A stretch of DNA of 64,000 nucleotides from assembly GCA_016931295.1 (NCBI GenBank), contig JAFGEZ010000022.1, positions 22,828 to 86,827 of the forward strand. The letters are read 5' to 3'. Below, in pieces: positions 7,322 through 13,850 of the stretch. The notes beneath the pieces were generated by a model. The model saw nothing but the letters and a program-made list of their open reading frames with translations. It had not been told where the DNA came from and made no database searches. Position 1 is the stretch's first letter. Each line of letters opens with the position of its first letter. The DNA is from Candidatus Krumholzibacteriota bacterium. GTDB taxonomy: Bacteria > Krumholzibacteriota > Krumholzibacteriia > Krumholzibacteriales > Krumholzibacteriaceae. The translations under genes were made by a program, and so were the position numbers.

Positions 7322-7787
7322 ATGAAACCACGCGAATCGGTCCGCGCGTTTCTCGCCGCGTGCGCCGTCCTTCTGCTCGCCTGCCTCGCCGGGGGCTGCG
7401 AGGAGGATTGTCCGCTCTGCGTCGACCCGACCTGTCCCGGCTGTCCACCCTGCACAACGCAGGTCACCGTCGTGATCGAGCCGGCCGTCGACGCCTACAT
7501 CGCCGACGGCGGGCGCTACCAGAACACGATCTACCTGAAGGACGGCGTGGGCGATTTCATTTATGAGCACCAGCAGATCCTCGTCTCGAACAACGCCAGC
7601 CCGGACGAGTACGTGAACATCGAGCGCCGGGGACACCTGCATCGGGTTCAACCTCAGGATGGTGCCCGCGACGCTCATCGAGACGGGGGGCACCGTCGTC
7701 GAGTTCCGCAGCATGGCGACCGGTCCCCCGCCGCGTCTCACCGTGCTGTTTTCGCGGCCCGACACCCTCGCCGGCGCGATGCGCTGA
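7322..7787 (+). pseudogene. Small Cys-rich lipoprotein gene with an apparent +1 frame change near 7615-7630 (pseudogene or sequencing error)
   Basis: Frame A (7322-) has a signal peptide and lipobox (LLLACLAGGC), then a CxxC-rich segment, and is protein-like up to ...SPDEYVNIE. It then turns into Arg-rich junk. Frame A+1 reads SAGDTCIGFNLRMVPATLIETGGTVVEFRSMATGPPPRLTVLFSRPDTLAGAMR, with its stop at 7785-7787. Confidence 0.45.
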
Positions 7788-8382
7788 CGGCGAGCGGCAC
7801 GGCGAGGCGCCATACGCGCCGTTCCGGACCCGCGCGGCGCCGCCTTGCCCCAGGGTCGCGTCCAACCCGCGGGGGAACGGCCGCCGCCTTCCCGGCCCCG
7901 GCCGTCCCCTTCGGCGGTTCGCCCCCGCCCCAAGCCCCGGCCGCCCTCTTTACCTGAAGGATCGTGGTGCGGCCCGGCGCGGTTTCTTCATTTCCGACAT
8001 CGCCCGCGTCTCGCCGTGAAACGCTCCGTCATCGGACCGTCCCGTTTCGTGAACGGGCGGTTGTCTCCGCATCAAGGGAAATCATCCACCCTCCCGGGCA
8101 TCTCGTTCAATAGAGGCGAGCGACATTCGCATACGCCGATACCGCGTCCGGAAACCTTGCAGGATAACAGGTTATACTTTAACGAAAATATTGCGTTATA
8201 CTTCACTTCCCGGTTGCCATCCGCCGTCGTTTGTCATTACTTATAGGCATGCTCCGCGCGGCGCGATGGGAGAGAACTGTCCCGTGCGCGACGCGGGGCG
8301 CCAAAACGAACGTGCAGGGGCGGTCACCGCGGCGTCGGACCGGCGGGACCGCGCGCAGATCAGCAGCAGAAGGAGAGCCGAT

Positions 8383-8754
8383 ATGGCGCGGATCCTCGTG
8401 GTTGACGACGATCCCGATGTCGTCGAGGCGACCAAGATGTACCTCGAGAAGGAAGGGCACGACGTGGCGACGGCCTTCAGCCGCGACGAGGGCATGAAGC
8501 ACATCGCCGCCGAACACCCCGACCTGCTCGTGCTGGATGTCATGATGGACGAGCCGGACGACGGCATCTTCATGGCCCAGGAACTCCGCAAGTCGGGGTT
8601 CGAGCGCCCGATCCTCATGATGTCGAGCATCGACAAGGTGACGGGCATGCACTACGACAAGGACGACGAGGTGACTCCCGTCGACGATTTCATCGAGAAG
8701 CCCGTCGCGCCGGCGACGCTGGTCGAAAAGGTGAAAGCCCTGTTGAACCGGTAA
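8383..8754 (+). CDS. Stand-alone response-regulator receiver (CheY-like REC) protein
   Basis: Start moved to ATG 8383 with AAGGAGA upstream. Sequence MARILVVDDDPDVVE...DLLVLDVMM...ILMMSS...FIEKP carries the acidic pocket, phospho-acceptor Asp, Ser/Thr and Lys of REC domains. There is no output domain. Confidence 0.9.
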   Translation: MARILVVDDDPDVVEATKMYLEKEGHDVATAFSRDEGMKHIAAEHPDLLVLDVMMDEPDDGIFMAQELRKSGFERPILMMSSIDKVTGMHYDKDDEVTPVDDFIEKPVAPATLVEKVKALLNR

Positions 8755-8767
8755 CGAGGAGAGTTCC

Positions 8768-9283
8768 ATGCTCACGAAACAGGACAAGCTCCTTGCGGAG
8801 CTCCGGGCGCTGGTCGGGAAACACGGCTCCGGGCGTCCGTCGTTGATTCCCATTCTCATGGAAGTCCAGGAACACTACGGTCAGATCTCCGACTTCACGA
8901 TGCAGGCGATCGCCGACATGCTCGGCATCCACCCGGTCGAGGTCTACAGCGTGGTCACGTTCTACGCCTTCCTCAACGAGAAATACCACGGCAAGTTCGT
9001 CATCCGTCTCTGCCGGACGATCAGCTGCGACATGGCCGGCAAGAAGGCCGTCGCCCGCCAGCTCGAGAACGATCTCGGCATCGAGTTCGGCGAGACGACC
9101 GAGGACGGCCGGTTCACCCTCGAGTGGGCGAACTGCATCGGCATGTGCGACCAGGGCCCCGCGATGCTCGTGAACGACCAGGTCTTCACGCACGTCACGC
9201 CCGAGAAGGTACACGACATCCTCGAGGCCTGCCGCCGGTCCTTCGGACCGTCCTCCATGCAGAAGGAGGGGATCGCATTATGA
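8768..9283 (+). CDS. hydC: [FeFe]-hydrogenase gamma subunit, NuoE-like thioredoxin-fold [2Fe-2S] protein
   Basis: Track ORF of 171 aa. Cys pattern is CRTISCDMAG ... CIGMCDQGPAM. The stop overlaps the next gene's ATG (ATGA at 9280-9283). Confidence 0.9.
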   Translation: MLTKQDKLLAELRALVGKHGSGRPSLIPILMEVQEHYGQISDFTMQAIADMLGIHPVEVYSVVTFYAFLNEKYHGKFVIRLCRTISCDMAGKKAVARQLENDLGIEFGETTEDGRFTLEWANCIGMCDQGPAMLVNDQVFTHVTPEKVHDILEACRRSFGPSSMQKEGIAL

Positions 9284-10473
9284 CCAGCGACACCATCCGC
9301 AACGAGATCACCTTCGCGTCGGTCGAGCCCGACGCCGGGCTGAAGAAGGCGCTCGGCATGCCGCGCGCCGACGCGATCGGCGTCATCCGCGACTCGAACA
9401 TGAAGGGACGCGGCGGGGCCGGATTCCCCACCGGCGTCAAGTGGAACCTCGCCGCCGGCGCGCAGGGCGACGCGAAGTACGTCGTCTGCAACGCCGACGA
9501 GGGAGAGCCCGGTACCTTCAAGGACCGTCTCATCCTCACCGAGTGGCCCGAGCTCGTCTTCGACGGCATGACACTCGCCGGGTACGCCATCGGCGCGAAG
9601 GAGGGCATCATCTACCTCCGGGGCGAGTACACCTACCTCGTCAAGGATCTCCACGAGATGCTCGAGAAGCGCCGCGAGGAGGGCAAGCTCGGCACGGACG
9701 TCTGCGGCAAGAAGGGCTTCGATTTCGACATCACCGTTCGTCTCGGCGCCGGCGCCTACATCTGCGGCGAGGAAACGGCCCTCATCGAGAGCCTCGAGGG
9801 CAAGCGCGGCGAGCCGCGCAACCGCCCGCCCTTCCCCGTGAACACGGGGCTTTTCGGCCAGCCGACGATCGTCAACAACGTCGAGACCTTCGCCTGGGCG
9901 GCGACGATCATGATCAAGGGCGCCGACTGGTTCAAGGGCATCGGCACCGAGCGCTCGACGGGCCTCAAGCTCTTCAGCGTCTCCGGCGACGTCGATCTTC
10001 CCGGCGTCTACGAGTTCCCGATGGGCATCACGGTGGCCGAGCTCCTGGAGCAGGCCGGCGGCGCCGACGCCAAGGCGGCGCAGATCGGCGGCGCCTCGGG
10101 CCACTGCGTGCCGGCCGAGGAATTCGCGCGCACCATCGCCTACGAGGACGTTCCGACCGGCGGCTCGGTCATGGTTTTCGGCGACCACCGGGACATGCTC
10201 GACGTGGCCGAGAACTTCTGCGACTTCTTCGTCGAGGAATCGTGCGGGCAGTGCACGCCCTGCCGCATCGGCAATTCGAAGCTCCTCGAGGGAGTGCGCA
10301 TGCTCAAGGAGGGCAAGTGCTCCATGGCCTACCTCCGCGAGCTGTGCAGGCTCGGCGAGACGATGCAGATCGCGTCCAAGTGCGGGCTCGGCCAGTCGAG
10401 CCCGAATGCCTTCCTGTCCATCGTCGAGCATTTCAAGGATGAGATCATGGGCCGCACGCCCGCGTCGGCCTAA
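9280..10473 (+). CDS. hydB: [FeFe]-hydrogenase beta subunit, NuoF-like FMN/NAD(H)-binding flavoprotein (core only, no accessory Fe-S domains)
   Basis: Start moved to ATG 9280 with GAAGGAGGGG upstream. Motifs: GRGGAGFPTGVKW, CNADEGEPGTFKDR, GAGAYICGEETALIESLEG, and ESCGQCTPCRIG...KCGLGQ (N3-type [4Fe-4S]). The protein begins and ends at the NuoF core. Confidence 0.9.
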   Translation: MTSDTIRNEITFASVEPDAGLKKALGMPRADAIGVIRDSNMKGRGGAGFPTGVKWNLAAGAQGDAKYVVCNADEGEPGTFKDRLILTEWPELVFDGMTLAGYAIGAKEGIIYLRGEYTYLVKDLHEMLEKRREEGKLGTDVCGKKGFDFDITVRLGAGAYICGEETALIESLEGKRGEPRNRPPFPVNTGLFGQPTIVNNVETFAWAATIMIKGADWFKGIGTERSTGLKLFSVSGDVDLPGVYEFPMGITVAELLEQAGGADAKAAQIGGASGHCVPAEEFARTIAYEDVPTGGSVMVFGDHRDMLDVAENFCDFFVEESCGQCTPCRIGNSKLLEGVRMLKEGKCSMAYLRELCRLGETMQIASKCGLGQSSPNAFLSIVEHFKDEIMGRTPASA

Positions 10474-10492
10474 CCGCTGGAGGAACAGGAAC

Positions 10493-12442
10493 ATGACCGA
10501 CAAGAAGAAACCCTGCACGGACGACACCGCGCACGCCTCGTCGAGCACGAAGCCGCACGTGGTCGAGCCGCCGGCGGATACCGACGCGATCGGGACCCTC
10601 GTGACGGCGACGATCGACGGCAACGACGTCAAGGTGCCGCTCGGCACGACGATTCTCGAGGCGGCCAGGAAGATCGGTGTCCGCATCCCGACCCTCTGCC
10701 ACCACGAGGATCTCTGCGTGGCCGGCGTCTGCCGGATCTGCGTGGTCGAGGTCGAGGGACAGCGCACCCTCCAGGCCTCGTGCGCATACCCCATCACGCA
10801 GCCGATCACGATCTGGACCCACACGCGCAAGGTGCGCCAGGCGCGCCGGCACATCCTCGACCTGCTCCTCTCCGAGCACTACGGGGAATGCTATTCCTGC
10901 TTCCGCAACAACAACTGCGAGCTGCAGGAGCTGGCGAAGGAATACGGCGTCGATTTCTACCGGTTCGGGCATCCCGAAAAGCCCCTCTACGAGATCGACC
11001 GCACGAGCTACGCCCTCGTCCGCGACGACAACAAGTGCATCCAGTGCCGTCGCTGCGTGCGCACCTGCATCGACCTGCAGGAAGTCGGCGTGCTCGAGAC
11101 GATCGGCCGCGGGGCCGATGCGAGGATATCGACCTACCTCGACAGGGGGCTGAGCGACGTCATCTGCATCAACTGCGGCCAGTGCATCAACCGCTGCCCG
11201 ACCGGCGCGCTCCGCGCGAACGATCCGACCGACGAGGTCTGGGCGGCGATCGACGATCCGACGAAGCACGTCGTCATCCAGACGGCGCCGAGCCCGCGCG
11301 CCGGGATCGGCGAGGAGTTCGGCCAGGAGCCGGGCACCCCGATGACCTGGGAAATGAACACCGCGCTCCGGCGTTGCGGATTCGACAAGGTGTTCGACAC
11401 CAACTTCTCGGCCGATCTCACGATCATCGAGGAGGGAACGGAGCTCATCCTCAGGCTCTACAGGAACCTCGTCGAGGGCGACGGCTCGATGCCCCTGCCG
11501 CAGTTCACGAGCTGCAGCCCGGGCTGGGTGAAGTACATCGAGCACTTCTATCCCGATTACCTCGATCACGTCTCCTCGGCGAAGAGCCCGCAGCAGATGT
11601 TCGGCGCGGTCATCAAGACGTGGTACGCGAAGCTCAACGGGATCGATCCGAAGGATGTCGTGAGCGTGGCGCTCATGCCCTGCTCGGCCAAGAAGTTCGA
11701 GTGCAACCGGCCCGAGATGTCCGACAGCGGGTTCAAGGACGTCGACTACGGCCTCACCACCCGCGAACTCGCCCAGATGATCCGCGAGGCCGGAATCAAT
11801 CTTCCCGACATGCCCAAGAGCGATTTCGACGATCCCTTCGGCACCGCCTCGGGCTCGGGCGTCATCTTCGGCGCCTCCGGCGGCGTGATGGAGGCGGCGC
11901 TGCGCAGCGTCATCGAGTTCGTCACGGGCAAGCAGGTGGAGGATTTCTACGATCACGCCGACATCATCCCGGTCCGCGGTTTCGAGGGCGTCAAGTACGC
12001 CGAGCTCACGATCCCCGAGGAGGTCGGGCCGGTGCCCGGACTGATCAGCCACCTCGTTCCCGACTGGAACTGGCTGAAGGGGGCCACCCTGAAGCTCGGC
12101 GTGGCCCACGGCACGGCGAACGCGAAGAAGGTCATGGAGGACATCAAGGCCGGCGGCAAGTTCTCCGAGTGCCACTTCATCGAGTTCATGGCCTGCCCGG
12201 GCGGCTGCCTCGGCGGCGGCGGGCAGCCGATCCCGACGAGCCCGGAGATCCGCGCGAAGCGCGCGCAGGCGATCTACAACGAGGACGCGGCTTACGGACG
12301 CGCCGGCAAAGCGAGGAAGTCGCACGAGAACCCGGCCATCGCCAGGATCTACGAGGAGTTCCTCACGGATGGGCCGTGCGGCCACCTGTCGCACTCGCTG
12401 CTCCACACGGGGTACACGCCGAGGGGGAAGTATATCGGGTAG
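10493..12442 (+). CDS. hydA: [FeFe]-hydrogenase catalytic subunit (M3-type: [2Fe-2S], His-ligated [4Fe-4S], 2x[4Fe-4S], H-domain)
   Basis: Start moved to ATG 10493. Motifs: CHHEDLCVAGVCRIC; SEHYGECYSCFRNNNC; CIQCRRCVRTC and CINCGQCINRCP. H-cluster motifs are L1 TSCSPGW (non-canonical), L2 MPCSAKKFE and L3 EFMACPGGCLGGGGQP. Confidence 0.92.
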   Translation: MTDKKKPCTDDTAHASSSTKPHVVEPPADTDAIGTLVTATIDGNDVKVPLGTTILEAARKIGVRIPTLCHHEDLCVAGVCRICVVEVEGQRTLQASCAYPITQPITIWTHTRKVRQARRHILDLLLSEHYGECYSCFRNNNCELQELAKEYGVDFYRFGHPEKPLYEIDRTSYALVRDDNKCIQCRRCVRTCIDLQEVGVLETIGRGADARISTYLDRGLSDVICINCGQCINRCPTGALRANDPTDEVWAAIDDPTKHVVIQTAPSPRAGIGEEFGQEPGTPMTWEMNTALRRCGFDKVFDTNFSADLTIIEEGTELILRLYRNLVEGDGSMPLPQFTSCSPGWVKYIEHFYPDYLDHVSSAKSPQQMFGAVIKTWYAKLNGIDPKDVVSVALMPCSAKKFECNRPEMSDSGFKDVDYGLTTRELAQMIREAGINLPDMPKSDFDDPFGTASGSGVIFGASGGVMEAALRSVIEFVTGKQVEDFYDHADIIPVRGFEGVKYAELTIPEEVGPVPGLISHLVPDWNWLKGATLKLGVAHGTANAKKVMEDIKAGGKFSECHFIEFMACPGGCLGGGGQPIPTSPEIRAKRAQAIYNEDAAYGRAGKARKSHENPAIARIYEEFLTDGPCGHLSHSLLHTGYTPRGKYIG

Positions 12443-12466
12443 TGTGCGCGGAATCGGCGTGAACGA

Positions 12467-12501
12467 GAACGGGCCGGTCGGCGTCGCCGACCGGCCCGTT
12501 C
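12467..12501. terminator. Perfect 16-bp GC-rich hairpin between convergent genes (putative bidirectional terminator)
   Basis: GAACGGGCCGGTCGGC, loop gtc, GCCGACCGGCCCGTTC. It lies 25 nt after the hydA stop and 23 nt after the stop of the minus-strand gene. No strong U-tract on either side. Confidence 0.5.
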
Positions 12502-12523
12502 GACTGCTTGCCGTTTCCGGTTC

Positions 12524-13759
12524 CTACCGGGAGAAGACCACCCGGTCGAGATCCTCCCAGTCGATGTCGACCTCCTCGCCCTCTGCCGTCGTGACGAAGA
12601 TCCCCCGGTTGTCCTCGTCGACGTCGTTGGAGCCGCGGAGCCGGAAAGCCGGGCCGTCCCAGACCGAGACGATCGCCGAGCGGAAGCCCTTCCGCCTGAT
12701 CTCGGCGATGTTGGCGAACTCGATGTCCATCTCGATGTCGCGGAACTCCCCGTCGAGGTATTCCCAGGTGTACTCCTCGTCGTCGTCCCACCGGATCGCG
12801 CCGGAGACGCTTCCGCCGTCGGTCGTGTAGACGGTGCCCATGATGCGTCGGCCGCCGTCGAAATCCCCGTAGACGGGCGCCGCCGGCGGCTCGAGGAACT
12901 CGAGGCTCTCGAACTCGTCCCAGCGGACGGTCACCCGGCCGAATCCCTCCACGAAGATGGCGATGCCGCGGTTCGAGTCGTCCACGTCGTTCGACCCGCT
13001 GAGCACCATCGTGTTGCCGTCCCAAAGGGTCAGGCGCGCGCCGTCGGAGCCCTTCCGCTCGATCATGCGTATGTCGCCGAATTCGATGTGGCGGCGCCGG
13101 CGGCTGCTGCGTCCGTCGAGCTCGTCGGTGGTGAAGAGCTCGTCGACGTCCCAGCAGACCCAGCCGGTGAAGGTGTCGTCGCTGCGGGTCGTCAGCGTCC
13201 CGTACAGCCGATCGCCGAAGCTCGACGCCAGTCCGGGCGGCGACGCGCTGAAATCGATCCGGTCGACGTCCTCCCAGTCGAACTCGACCTCCCCCTTCTT
13301 CGCGTCCTCGATGACGATCCCGCGGATCTCGTCGCCGATGTCGGTGGAGCCGCCGGAGAACTCGAGCTCGTCGCCGGATTTCAAGGTGAGGGCCACCTCG
13401 TCGTCGCCGATCACCTCGAGGGAGGCGATGTGGCCGAAGCAGATGCCGGAGAGCGACCGGTCGTCCTCGGTGTAGATGCCGGACCCCTCGATCCTGATGC
13501 CGAAGAACTCGATCCGGTCACGGGTGCGCCGGCTGCCCCGTCGTCTGCCCCGGTCGTTCGAGCGGAACCGGTCCTTGTTGCCGTCGAGTATGTCCACCCA
13601 CGACGCCTCGTTGGTGTCCCAGCGGATCAGCCCCTCGAAGACTTCGCCGTCGGCGGCCGTCAGCGTGCCGTAGATCCGGCCGCTGCTGTCGGTTCCGGCC
13701 GTCGCGGGAATCGCCGCGAAAACGGCCGCCGCGAGAACCAGCAGGAAGATGCGTCTCAT
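12524..13759 (-). CDS. Secreted hypothetical protein built from three internal repeats
   Basis: Track ORF of 411 aa. Signal peptide MRRIFLLVLAAAVFAAIPATA. Three copies of a module with the skeleton YGT(L/V)xT..G..F.G.IRWD..E......LDG....IEF..I..I...G......L..G....L.GS.D.....RGI.......G.V...W......F. Confidence 0.8.
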   Translation of the reverse strand: MRRIFLLVLAAAVFAAIPATAGTDSSGRIYGTLTAADGEVFEGLIRWDTNEASWVDILDGNKDRFRSNDRGRRRGSRRTRDRIEFFGIRIEGSGIYTEDDRSLSGICFGHIASLEVIGDDEVALTLKSGDELEFSGGSTDIGDEIRGIVIEDAKKGEVEFDWEDVDRIDFSASPPGLASSFGDRLYGTLTTRSDDTFTGWVCWDVDELFTTDELDGRSSRRRRHIEFGDIRMIERKGSDGARLTLWDGNTMVLSGSNDVDDSNRGIAIFVEGFGRVTVRWDEFESLEFLEPPAAPVYGDFDGGRRIMGTVYTTDGGSVSGAIRWDDDEEYTWEYLDGEFRDIEMDIEFANIAEIRRKGFRSAIVSVWDGPAFRLRGSNDVDEDNRGIFVTTAEGEEVDIDWEDLDRVVFSR

Positions 13760-13850
13760 TGTCCCTCCTTCGTTTGTCCCTACCCGTGCGCCACGGTTGT
13801 ACTACGATCCCACCGCCGGTCCTGTTTCCCCGCCCGGCGTATTCGACTCG

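Noticed and set aside
8140-8160. Sigma54-type promoter (GG-N10-GC) in CCGGAAACCTTGCAGG upstream of the hydrogenase operon.
   Set aside because: The spacing between the GG and GC elements is 2 nt too short, and the flanking bases do not match TGGCAC/TTGC(A/T).
7845-8246. 133-aa ORF in the long hyd upstream region, and the 64-aa N-terminal extension of the REC ORF (8191..8382).
   Set aside because: The sequence is Pro/Arg/Ser-rich with no SD. A strong SD plus ATG at 8383 begins a complete REC domain.
10445-12462. ORFs 10445..12406 (minus, 653 aa) and 10780..12462 (plus, 560 aa) overlapping hydA.
   Set aside because: Low-complexity Arg/Ala/Asp-rich translations. The frame starting at 10493 carries every [FeFe]-hydrogenase motif.
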